Assembly: GCF_001949145.1 (NCBI RefSeq)
Contig: NW_019091362.1
Span: 2,363,838 to 2,427,837 of the forward strand
Direction: 5' to 3'
Source of the DNA: Acanthaster planci
Taxonomy: Eukaryota
DNA: 64,000 bases
Shown here: piece by piece, positions 40,001 through 49,283 of the stretch
Position numbering within the stretch: position 1 is the first letter of the stretch
Layout of the letters: every line of letters begins with the position of its first letter
The notes under the pieces: model-generated
What the model was told of the DNA's origin: nothing
Databases searched by the model: none
What the model saw: only the letters and a program-made list of their open reading frames with translations
Translations under genes and position numbers: made by a program

Positions 40001-41376
40001 TCTTTATTTCTAACCAATCACACAATTTAAGATACGTTTGGTGACCTGCAGTCTTTTTTGCTGAGTTTGCTTTCCATGATTCAAATCGCAAACTTGACAC
40101 ACTCAATAAACTAAATTCCTATTCACTATCCAGCCACATTGAGCACTTCATCAGTAACGTACCACTTTCCACTCTATCTAGCAAGCAATGTTCATAAGCC
40201 AACAAATTTCATAGGCAAATATGTAACCCCTGGCATTTTTCTGCAGTTTACATTTTTGTTACGTCTAGATGTATCCCTGTTGTGCAGTGTCCAGACTTGT
40301 CAACAGGCCTGTTTTTGTCCTACAAGTACATGTACATGCAAGATGTTGGTCCAGTCATGGAGCTATTAATAGTGCACAAGTACTGGCGTAATCTTAGGGC
40401 AGTGTGGCGCATCGTGTAAATGTAATACAGTACGGTGGACGAAGTGTGTACATGTACCTGAATGGCCTACACATGACACAGGAATGGGATTATAGGTTGT
40501 CAGCACTCACCACACCAGTCTTGATTACTTTGAACAAAACTTGTGCTTCAAGTCTGGCTCGTATTCAAATCTGTGATTCCTTCTTGCATTCATTTCACTG
40601 ACATTCATGACTGACCAAATGTTCTCACAAATGCACGTGCTGACAAGGACACCCAAAACGTGACAAACATTTGTTTAGACACTGTACATGTATGACAAGT
40701 AAACACTGACTACCAGTATGCTAACATTTTTGTAACAACTACCATGACCCCTTAACATGTTAACTGATTTTATTTCACCATTTTTAACTTTTTGATCCAG
40801 CAAAATACAATATACTAGGCCAGTGCAGGATGATATGCAGTCTTGGGTCCAAAATTACCTAGGCCTATGCAAACATATCGTGACTTGGCAAGCCTTGGCT
40901 TTAGGATGGTGGAGTCATCCCTACACAAATGGTTCTCTTTTAAAATTTGTTTTATTTCTATCATGGTGACAGAAAGCCCCAGTTATCCATTGCTATGGCT
41001 ATATTCATGATTATTTTGACTCGTAAGATGACAAGGCAGGCATGGCAGGATAGATGAGAGATGACTGGCATGGCTGGGAGAACTTTGCAAGAGAAATGTG
41101 CGATTTTAAGCAGTCTTTGTAGTTAAAAAAATATACATGTTGTACATAGGAATAATAGAAACTGGTCTTTACAGCAAGAACTACCCAATTAACTGATTAA
41201 CGGATTTCCTCAACACGGTCACACTCAGGACATTTAGCCCTGCTGAACCATGTGACGACTAGGGTTGCCGATAACTTACCTGAGAACTGGCCTGGCTGAA
41301 GAACTGCAGAAGGCTCCAGTCCACAGACGACAAAATAGTCGACAAAACGGTTCGTCTGCTGCCCCGTGGAACCCAT
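956..41376 (-). CDS. DENND5: DENN domain-containing protein 5 (DENND5A/B-like, Rab6-interacting Rab GEF); multi-exon gene span, 3' end lies beyond the left edge of the window
   Basis: 17 GT-AG exons join in frame (3257 nt, 1085 codons plus 2 nt). They give uDENN ([28 protein letters not shown]), cDENN ([25 protein letters not shown]), dDENN ([12 protein letters not shown]), RUN ([26 protein letters not shown]) and PLAT (RIGHDNTG) motifs typical of DENND5. Confidence 0.95.
1267..1409 (-). CDS. DENND5: DENND5 coding exon 16 ([11 protein letters not shown]...[10 protein letters not shown]...FVFQ), PLAT domain start
   Basis: PLAT-like motif; tgtag acceptor, gtatgt donor; phase 1 to 0. Confidence 0.9.
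1978..2099 (-). CDS. DENND5: DENND5 coding exon 15 ([34 protein letters not shown]...)
   Basis: End of RUN domain 1; phase 2 to 1. Confidence 0.93.
2205..2450. mobile_element. Small TIR element (MITE) with TATAGACCTTTTT ends
   Basis: tatagaccttttt at 2205 and aaaaaggtctata ending at 2450 (13-bp perfect inverted repeat). Confidence 0.6.
2731..2859 (-). CDS. DENND5: DENND5 coding exon 14 ([28 protein letters not shown]...)
   Basis: RUN domain motif IKTDVGxARAxVRL; phase 2 to 2. Confidence 0.92.
3068..3310. repeat. 20-bp minisatellite (GAGGACGGAGAAAACTAAAT)n, about 12 copies
   Basis: Direct tandem repetition with occasional truncated units. Confidence 0.95.
3349..3527 (-). CDS. DENND5: DENND5 coding exon 13 ([12 protein letters not shown]...LLFDVR)
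   Basis: GKSALWSH motif; ttacag acceptor, gtgagt donor; phase 0 to 2. Confidence 0.9.
3891..4043 (-). CDS. DENND5: DENND5 coding exon 12 ([19 protein letters not shown]...SHGIQKKQ), start of RUN domain 1
   Basis: 51 codons; [16 protein letters not shown] motif. Confidence 0.94.
4853..5564. mobile_element. hAT-like non-autonomous element, 712 bp
   Basis: Perfect 8-bp direct repeat TGATAATG at 4845-4852 and 5565-5572; imperfect 12-bp TIR (tcagcaccgtcg / cgaccgtgctca); GATAT/ATATC-rich subterminal repeats. Confidence 0.75.
5713..5829 (-). CDS. DENND5: DENND5 coding exon 11 (QIIQQARK...[17 protein letters not shown])
   Basis: 39 codons; conserved [14 protein letters not shown]. Confidence 0.92.
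6309..6399 (-). CDS. DENND5: DENND5 coding exon 10 (...[16 protein letters not shown]...ERE)
   Basis: Conserved WRRKxRxxQHxEHL motif; phase 2 to 0; gtaag donor. Confidence 0.9.
6500..6609 (-). mobile_element. tRNA-derived SINE-like head
   Basis: Minus strand reads ggaccggaTAGCACAGTTGGTAG (A-box-like)...GGTTCGGATTCC (B-box-like) followed by actttagtaagttttctc; no intact cloverleaf. Confidence 0.5.
6817..6900 (+). mobile_element. Degenerate tRNA-derived SINE-like copy
   Basis: gtggttcagttggta (A-box-like)...gcagattcaaggcc...gtcaattttctc, resembling the minus-strand copy at 6500-6609. Confidence 0.35.
7229..7379 (-). CDS. DENND5: DENND5 coding exon 9 ([19 protein letters not shown]...[11 protein letters not shown]...)
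   Basis: acag acceptor, gtgagt donor, phase 1 to 2, open frame. Confidence 0.87.
8359..8581 (-). CDS. DENND5: DENND5 coding exon 8 ([15 protein letters not shown]...[12 protein letters not shown]...)
   Basis: dDENN motif; phase 0 to 1. Confidence 0.92.
9024..9683 (-). CDS. DENND5: DENND5 coding exon 7 (AALCFVDID...[10 protein letters not shown])
   Basis: 220 codons within ORF 8976..9728; AG/GT bounded. Confidence 0.93.
10314..10504 (-). CDS. DENND5: DENND5 coding exon 6 ([30 protein letters not shown]...)
   Basis: Core cDENN motif; phase 1 to 0; gtgagt donor. Confidence 0.94.
10955..11270 (-). CDS. DENND5: DENND5 coding exon 5 (VPFIQPC...[16 protein letters not shown]...ENQILLVSR)
   Basis: cDENN motifs; phase 0 to 1; cag acceptor and gtagg donor. 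Confidence 0.93.
11870..12151 (-). CDS. DENND5: DENND5 coding exon 4 (IKYQEDS...[14 protein letters not shown])
   Basis: 94 codons, phase 0/0; ends in the conserved DTLYVSKC motif. Confidence 0.92.
13062..13232 (-). CDS. DENND5: DENND5 coding exon 3 (LCMPKGL...AAMEVLQ)
   Basis: 57 codons, AG/GT bounded, uDENN motif [17 protein letters not shown]. Confidence 0.93.
17340..17452 (-). CDS. DENND5: DENND5 coding exon 2 ([38 protein letters not shown])
   Basis: tttgtag acceptor, gtaag donor, phase 1 to 0; matches the uDENN 'KSxVLxxYP...NPFD' segment; missed by the ORF track. Confidence 0.9.
17530..17619. repeat. 15-bp tandem repeat (ATGGACCAATCAGTG) x6
   Basis: Six near-perfect units, each containing CCAAT. 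Confidence 0.95.
19285..19676. repeat. Tandem duplication of a ~195-bp unit with internal direct and inverted GTCAATCGGGGACC motifs
   Basis: Two highly similar copies (atttgcctgcaactggg...gcagaaacaaactcacac). Confidence 0.9.
19698..19976. mobile_element. piggyBac-like MITE family B, copy 1
   Basis: ttaa|ccctaaaaataccgggcg ... cgggactgttaagg|ttaa; nearly identical to the copy at 28286. Confidence 0.85.
26032..26200 (-). mobile_element. 5'-truncated non-LTR retrotransposon (L2/CR1-like) 3' end
   Basis: Minus-strand peptide [40 protein letters not shown] matches the typical ORF2 C-terminus (LWNSLP...FK..LKTHLF), followed by an (ATT)n tail. Confidence 0.8.
26848..27182. repeat. 22-bp minisatellite (TACATGTACATGTGCAGATATC)n with variable numbers of TACATG hexamers
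   Basis: About 14 tandem units; explains the HVHV/MYMY/TCTC junk ORFs. Confidence 0.95.
27550..27797. mobile_element. MITE with long imperfect TIRs (CAGGGGCCAATTTCATGGAGCTGCTTAAGCA...)
   Basis: The left end and the right end (tgcttaagcagctctacgaaaatggcccctg) are reverse complements over more than 30 bp, and similarity extends inward; TSD unclear. Confidence 0.8.
28286..28591. mobile_element. piggyBac-like MITE family B, copy 2
   Basis: ttaa|ccctaagagtaccggg ... cgggactgttaggg|ttaa; CCCTAA/TTAGGG termini and TTAA TSD. Confidence 0.88.
41280..41376 (-). CDS. DENND5: DENND5 coding exon 1 ([32 protein letters not shown])
   Basis: ATG at 41376; N-terminal RFxDYFVxCGL motif; donor G|gtaagt. An acceptor (ttcactttacag) at 41411 extends the exon to 41410 and implies an upstream exon, probably 5'UTR. 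Confidence 0.88.
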
Positions 41377-41410
41377 TCCAAACGGGGAGAGACCGTGCAC
41401 GGACGATGGA

Positions 41411-44400
41411 CTGTAAAGTGAATAACAAATTTCCTCAGAGTATCAACCGATCTAATCCTCGCTCAACCGCTCGGGAATCGGTTCTGCTGGTGATTTGTGT
41501 ATGTGTGGAGTCCGGATGCGTCACTCAACTTCTCGCACAATGCACATAGTCAGTGCACCGTCTGACACAGTTTCGGTTGCTGATTGAGATCCAATGGGAG
41601 CTGTTGTATAAGTATGGTGGATACCAACCCAATCACTCTGGTTTCTAGCTGATTGAGGATACAGACCCATTTGCAAAATGATAGTGCGGTTGATAACGGT
41701 TGGGTAGGTTCTATATTTATATATTTGGCGGGGTGACTCAATTTCGCAATTTTTCTCAGCAATTTTGCATGATTACTTTTATTATGACAACAATACATTT
41801 AAGGAAGACGTGTTTGGACTTTTGCAAAAACATCTTTGCAAAAATAATTGAAACCGATACAGTTGGACAAATTACCGTAACGGCAGATCCGTTTGAGTGG
41901 GCGTGTTTCAGGGTTTCTCGAACACACAAGGGGTGTAGGGCTGCATCCGGGTCCCCTTTGCGTCGATGATCACCGGTGGTCTATTCCAATATTTCCCCTA
42001 GAAAATAATTGTTTGACATCGCTGGTGATAAATTTCGACAGAATACGGCTAAATTTCAATGATAGCCCTACGCGGGATGGTGTTGGTTAGGTAGTAATTT
42101 TAGAAATGCAGAAAATCCATTTAGGCATTCATAATTTATAATAGGCCTTTACGCATACACATTGGGCATGTAATTGAAAAGCGCTATCTAAAAGCAACTT
42201 CATCGGTTCTTGCAGAAAATTGAGCCATGTATATGTATTTGGACAGGTATACACGTAAACTCTGAATTCTACGGGACCATAACTTGCATTTAGCAGTGGC
42301 GTTTCCAGCAGGAGCAACGCTTTAGAACAGGTTCTAACACCTTCATTTTCGATGGGATGGCTCTTTTACATTTGGACTGTCATTTCAAATTTAAAAAATC
42401 ACGTTTACGCCCAGATTTAAAATTTGTATACGCCACTAAGTTAGGAGATTCCCCCCACAGCTGCAGTTTTTGTAGGTCACCAAAAAAAGCCGCAATAAAA
42501 GTTAATTGTAAAGGGCGAGACTTTGTATTCAACATCTGAAAATGCATCAAATATAGCACTAACAAAAACTACACACAAACATCCAGAACAACGAAATCGA
42601 CAATAAATGGGACCATATTCACAATAAATTTGTGCCCATTTGTTGTCTGCCTTACCAAAACAAGGGGACATGCCTCAAAAGTGTATGATGTGCACACGAG
42701 CATCTACTATGAAGGACGAAAAGTGGCCATCTGCTTTTTACCTGTCAAAAAAGCAGGAAAGTGGATTAAATGTTTTGACCACAATCGTGAATTCAACCTT
42801 TCTGCTTGATACTGGACAAGCAGATTTTACATAATTGCCCAAAAAGTGGCCATCTGCTTTTCTTTCCTCAGTGGGCCGTGAATGGGGTCATGAACCTGTA
42901 GGTTACGACCATTTCCGTTTCAGGGGAGGGAAGGCATAGAAACCAATACTTAAACCATGCTTTCTGCGGACCAATCCCATTCGGCAGTATATCAGTGTCC
43001 CTGAGAGCACGGACCCTAGGCTGTGAGGCACAGAAAACAGCATCTCAAAGGAATAACAGTTTTACAGCCGTCATCCAAGAGATGCACAAACTTGCCTGAG
43101 CCAAAGGAAATTAGAATCATTCATTATACATGTATAAGATAGGTTGGACTGTAATTGTTGGTTTATACGTCTTCAATCTCCTAGAAAAGAAATGGTCATT
43201 ACCTGAGGTTCACAAACCCGTTCACGGCCCTTGGACGGCAGAAAAGCAGATGGCCACTTTTCGGCCGCCTGATGTAAAATTGCTCCTCCGGTATGAAAAA
43301 AAAGCAAAAAAGTATAATTCACGGTTGTTGTCAAAACGTTCGATCCTCATTTCTGCCTGCTCGAAAGGAGAAAAGCAGATGGCCGCTTTTCGGCCGCCAG
43401 CGAATGAGGAAAACATAAAAATCTGTTTTTCTTGAAGCAGAAAAATAGAAAAATGCATGATCAAACAATGTCCATTCTGCTTTTCGAGGTGGCAGAAAAG
43501 TAGAAAAGTCGAAAATGCATGTTACCAGAACATAAAATCTGCTTTTCTATCATTCTGATAGCAGAAAAGCAGATGGCCACTTTTTGTCCTCCATAATATT
43601 CTCCTGAGTTTTTATTAAGGGCGTTTTTGCGTAAAATGACTTCAATTTTTTTTTTCCTGAGCAGTACCAGTGGGAGGCATTGAGATAAAACCTGACACTC
43701 GAGTAAGACATATTTCTAGCAAAAACCTAAATGACCGATTAGAAGCATAAGAAAAAAAAGCAAGAATGCAGCGCCGGCTTTGCCCCCTATGTATCGATTG
43801 CTTATCCATAATTCCGATTCCGGAATGGGCCTATAAAGTGGCGCGTCGCTTTTGTTCAAAATACGATGTACGCCTTTACTGTTAATGTACATCAGCGCTG
43901 TAACGTTTCGTGAGGGTGAGGTTTGAGACCCGGTCATCGACAGTCCAAGTTTTCGAGCCGATGCGTATACGGCTAAACAAAGAAAGTTGATAAACTTGTC
44001 TTTCTTTGTGTACATGTGACCACTGAAATCAAGGGTAGATCAAGAGGCAACTTTCGCGGGAGGGGAGACGGGAGGGAGAGCCAAAATAGAAACGAAGTTA
44101 CCGGTATGTGATCTGTATGGACTTTCTCAGGCTCAATTGGGGAATTTTTAAATGCTTTGTGAAGAAAAGGGATTATAGTCCCGAAAATTAATTTTGAAAA
44201 TCCCTTGAGCGGGTAACCCCATTTCCCCCCTCCAATCTACCAGTCATTGAAATCAAAGAAAAATAAAATTCCCCATGCGTGAAGGGACGCGGAAAGGATG
44301 CGTCAACTCTACTTTTTTAATGACATGCCTCAAAACTCTTGCGGACTATTGACAATGGGACCTGACGGATCTGGGCCGTCCGTCAACAGCCGACAACCAT

Positions 44401-44620
44401 ACGATGCAAACTATGGGACAGAGAGACCTCCCCCGCCTTTGTGTTGGTCATTGTTATACTGATATCTCAGGAATTCTTTTCAGACATCTATGGGGGGGAT
44501 GTGTTAAGTAACAATAGGCTGGAGTGTGTATAGGGATTGGACTTGTCGGGGGGGTACCCCTCTGTCCCATTCCGTGCCGCGGTAACCGACAACCGTGAAC
44601 AAGTTGTCGATTTTGACCAT
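41411..44620. promoter_or_regulatory. Probable DENND5 promoter/5'UTR region with retained CpG
   Basis: Lies between the NAV 3' end and DENND5 exon 1; visibly more CpG than the flanking introns; candidate minus-strand donors near 41875 (cg|gtaatt) and 44101 (ccg|gtaact). The TSS cannot be located from sequence alone. Confidence 0.4.
42708..43595. mobile_element. TA-flanked non-autonomous TIR element (~890 bp) with repeated AAAGTGGCCATCTGCTTT subterminal motifs
   Basis: tatgaaggacgaaaagtggccatctgctttt at 42708 versus aaaagcagatggccactttttgtcctccata ending at 43595 (31 bp, 2 mismatches); internal motif copies near 42842, 43241 and 43371. Confidence 0.8.
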
Positions 44621-45499
44621 TTACGAACAAACACCCCTTTAAGAATCAATGGCAATGATAAAGAGGGCGCTGTGCTACTTTGTAAGTGAGTTATCCGCAC
44701 AGCATCCACAAGGTCAACTGAGGCAACAGTGCTGCATGGGTCTATTATTAGCACACTTTCAGCTAGACTTTCCAGAAGGTTGTAGGGTGTAGTTTGTAGG
44801 GTTCATTTTAATGCCCTTTATCCATTTTCCCCAGTATGTTTCAATCCCTCCTTTAACCTGGTGGATTATCTTTGCTTTCATGGTTTCACCATCTCGTTTG
44901 GAAGTCTGTTGGAAAACAGGTCGTCTAGCTTGATGTCCAGATTTAGTGTCAAGTTATGAGACCATCAGGCAGCAACCATTAATAGACAGATTCATTAAGC
45001 CCTGTCCCATTATAGCACCTGCCAAAAGTGTCTCCTCACCAAAAATGGGGGGCCACTAGTTCCCCCCGCCACACACACACACTTCAGAAAAAGTTAACAA
45101 ACTCACTAAATCTGACACTTAAATGTCGACCACATCCCCTTTTCTAATACCAAAATCAAACGATGTCTTGAACCAGTTTTACAGACAACAGAAGATCAGG
45201 TACATCAGAACTGGGCCTATCCATTGTCCTGATCCATCCAAGCATTTTAAACCTAATCCTACCTTCACCTTTACAAGCTAGAGTGAAAGACATTCACAAG
45301 AAAGAGGGGAGAGTGGGGTAGTGATAGTTTTCTGCACACTGTTACCTCATCACCAAATTATCCAGTAAATAAATGCATTAAATCATCTCATCGGAGCTCT
45401 TTGGATGACCAGAATCACAGTGAAACCCTCAGTGTCACAAGAAATGGCAATCAAACAACACAGCCAAAGCTTAAGAGCCACAACAAAGCTGAACAAAAT

Positions 45500-45576
45500 T
45501 CACATAACAATCGGGAACACATAAACACCAACCACACCAGCATTACAGAACACTGGTAAAAATAAGAGTTTTTATT
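45500..45576 (-). terminator. Probable NAV polyadenylation signal (AATAAA at 45571-45576 on minus strand) with a downstream GT-rich element; implies a ~3.6 kb 3'UTR
   Basis: Plus-strand tttatt at 45571; minus-strand downstream sequence gtgttctgtaatgctggtgtggttggtgtttatgtgt; the stretch back to 49148 is non-coding and T-rich on the minus strand. Confidence 0.5.
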
Positions 45577-48500
45577 TCGTTCTTTGTCAGGATTCTAGTC
45601 CACAATTTGTCCGAGACATACTCATCAGACAATAATACACAAAAGTATACAGCTACACAAAATAGAAATCTGTTTGTGAAACAGCGTGACTGCATTGTAT
45701 GGGGGACAAGAACTGACACTGCAAAAGTAATTAAGGATCACGTCCAACCAAAGCATGCTCATTAAGACTGGACAGTGAACACCCATGTCGCTGCCATATT
45801 AACTTAAACCTATTTCAAGGGAGGACATCAATGATAAAAATGGTTAGATGTCAATTATTAAATAGAAATACTTAAATATTCTCCACATTTTGTTCTAGTA
45901 TTCAGTTTAAAAAACAGTTCATGTAGTTAACAGTGGTATTTTTATCTCTGTAACTTACTGTGGTCTTTTTTTGTTACTGTTAAAATTACACTGATCAGGA
46001 ATTTTTATAGAAAAATCTGATTTATCTTTTAAAAAATTGATTAAAAGTACATGATTTATATCTGATTACTTATGATACAAATGATACAGAATTTATACAC
46101 TTGTTTCTGACTTTGAAATTGGGCTTGATTGTAACTGAGTAGTATTCTTATAATTGGGACACCGTTTATTTCAACAAATACACATTTACAGCAGCATTTG
46201 GACAAACAGGCATAGTGAATTGAAAGGAGAATAGCAACAAAATACTTCACAATGTTCACTTGTAATCGATATCAACACTAAAGTCACAAGTCTGCGATTG
46301 GTAATGACAATTCTCAGAAACAGAACACACCATTAACATTTCTCTTCACAGCAGGACTGGGAAGAAAAGGTCAGACAGTTTGAAACCTCTTTCTTGGTTC
46401 AATTATAAGAAAGGTCAGTTTCCGACTCCTGGTGACATGTCAAAACACGCCATCAAATACAGTAAATAATGCAAATCATGTCCGATATACCGACAAAGCT
46501 TAAGTACCACCAAAGAATTACTTTTTCACAAAACAATGACAGCTTTCAACCAAAGCTGTTTGACACTGAACACCACTGATAGAAAATGTATAATGTGTAT
46601 TCTGCACTATGAATATGCATCTACCCTTCCTGAATGTGTCATTGAGTGTGTGTACAGTGATTGAGATTGAAAAATCTACAAGAAACAAAAGATTACACAC
46701 AAGAGGTCTGCAAAAATACATACCAAATGCCATCACCACAAACCGATAAGCATTAAATAGCTAGAACACAGCTCACTATGAAGTCCTAGTTAGCACATGT
46801 TGAAACTTGATTCCAAACAATTTCTATACAAATGTAAATCTTTTATAATCCTCCAATCCTAACAGCATCAACTGCTGAAGAAGCATACACATGTTAAAGT
46901 AAATTGCTGTACATAGCTAGTTAACTTATTTCATTACAACAGGCAAATGAAACATCTGTACAATTTACAATTCTATGAGCAGGTGGTGACCGATAGTGAC
47001 TGGTCATGTGATCACAGGAAGGGCCTGACCCCTGACCCAGTGAAACTAGCCTACAAAGTGGTCAGACAGCAGGGATAAATTCATTCAGCCACTACCAGCT
47101 TTCGGATACCCCAAGGTCCCATGAGAACACACTCTTACTCTTTAAATGTCCTAAGCACATAACCAGAGCAAAAAATCACCATGGAAACTTGCCTTTTGGC
47201 CAGTTGCCTTTACATCTCCTTCTGACATTTTGTCCAAACTCTTCTGCTTTTGGTCGGACAAATACCAAAAGTGGTCAGAAAGTAGCCGGCATCCAATGTA
47301 ACTTAACGCTCTGCCTGACCCGAGTGAGGTGACAAGATTGTGGAAAGGCAGCAAGAGCTGGTGGGCACATGATCAGCCCATTCCAAGTTCTCATTTTATG
47401 AACACAACGCTAACTGAAAAGGTCACAGGACTGTACTGCCTGCTGGCATGCAATACACTAAGTATTTCAAGAAATGCAAGCACCTCTACACACCGCTGTA
47501 ATAAATACACAACTGCTCACATTGCACATCCAATAACTGAAATCAGTCAGTTAAGAATAGAGAGTTAACACAATGGCAACACTGTAAAATACAAGCACAT
47601 TGGCATAAATCTGATTGATCATATGTAAGCACTATGATAATGCTACCAAAAAAAATCATTTGGAATGGAAAAACAGGTGAATTTGAAAATGATGCTGGGA
47701 CAAGCACTTGTAGTTACTCTTTAGTGTCATTTCAAGCTCATTCATCATTTAATACATTGTTTTCATTCAAAAATGTACTTTTCCTCTGAGCTTTAAGGAA
47801 CAAGGCTTTAATCGTCCTCAGTTTCAAAAGTGAGGAGTGTTGAACCGTTAAGAAAATGAAACTTGGAACCAAAGACAGGTAAGACCATGGTTTGAGAGAT
47901 ACCATTCCCAGCTGGGGGTTCTTTACGGGTTCTTGGAATTTAGCACTGTGAAAATTGAAGAGAGCCTTGTCTCGTTTAAGTCACTTGAAATTCCAATTAA
48001 ACAACAAAAATTGGTTCAAAATTCTATTGAACCAAATATTAAACAGTCGTACCTGCGTATATTTGTTTTCATTTCATTAAGAGAGTTAAACAAGAAGGCT
48101 TTTTCAGTGATAAATCTGAAATATTTTGCCCCACTAAGGACTTTTTTGCCAGAAATTAGTTGAAGAAAATGTTTTGTGGACAATCCTGCTTCACAAATTG
48201 GCAAGAGATAAAAAGTTACTATTTTTTCAATTCAAATTATCTACATTTATCTACAAGACGCTTTTCATAGTTTGTACAATTATGGACATAAGTACATATT
48301 TACAGAAAAAAATTGTTTTAAAATGTGAAAAAATATCAAGCACAATTTTCAAATACTTGCACATTGCATTCGATGGAGAGGGAAATATTACATTATCATT
48401 AAAATAGGTATCATCTACAACACGGCGTTTCAAAAAAACATTGATCATTTTACAGCTTCTCTAAACACCCTACAAAAATTCAGGAAACATATTTCACAAA

Positions 48501-48983
48501 AAGCTGTACACAATTCTGAGAAAGAGAAATGAATTGTTTTCCAGATGGACAAAAAGCACTTTTCTAAAATCAGAGTTGGTCAAGCAGTGCATGAAATGAG
48601 TATGCATATACACAAACATTCTTAAACATACAGTGCACTGTTACAAAAATGCCATATTCTACCATCGAGGAGAAATCAAACTTTTTTTGGCCAAGATTTT
48701 CTTTTCAATGCAATTAGGATGATAAAGAAACACGGACTATGTATTACGATTTTAACAGCTGAATCCCTTTTTCTAAAATCTATTAATCATTCATAGACAA
48801 AAGCATGACACAAGCAAATTGATCCACATAAGATGAACAATAATATGCAAAGAAATATTCTGACAATTAATATAATGAAGCAGCTGCCTTGCTTGTAGAA
48901 GCTCCGCAGGTGTTTACGGATATTCATAAGTCAGCTTGTCTCTGATGAAAACAATGTACATATCCATGACATAACCTGACACC

Positions 48984-49118
48984 ATGAATATTCTTCCTGC
49001 TTTATTTTCTCATCGGGGTTGTTTCCAATGTGTCTTGGTCTTATGAATATTCATCCTGCTTTCTTTTGTTGAAGGGGGATTTCTCTCAGTATCTTGGTAT
49101 TATGAATATTCATCCTGG
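48984..49118. repeat. Degenerate ~58-bp triplication (ATGAATATTCATCCTG core) at the start of the NAV 3'UTR
   Basis: The core is seen near 48985, 49043 and 49102. Confidence 0.6.
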
Positions 49119-49148
49119 TGACCAGTGAGATGATGTTATGGTTGCTAT

Positions 49149-49283
49149 TCACACAGCTATTTCCACAGTTTTCTGGATGTCCTCGGTGGACATGCCAACA
49201 CTGTCGATGCTGTTAGTGTCGCTATCACAGCTCTGGGCACCAGACAAGTTGGCAGCTTCCTGGAGCCTCATCAGCATGTTGAA
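49149..49283 (-). CDS. NAV2: NAV last coding exon A (FNMLMRLQEAANLSGAQSCDSD...VEIAV*)
   Basis: ctcttctctcatcag acceptor; NMLMRLQEAAN motif; TGA stop at 49149-49151. Confidence 0.92.
   Translation of the reverse strand, partial: FNMLMRLQEAANLSGAQSCDSDTNSIDSVGMSTEDIQKTVEIAV

Noticed and set aside
43716..44015. 99-aa ATG-initiated minus-strand ORF upstream of DENND5
   Set aside because: No recognisable homology or splice link to DENND5; more likely promoter or UTR sequence.
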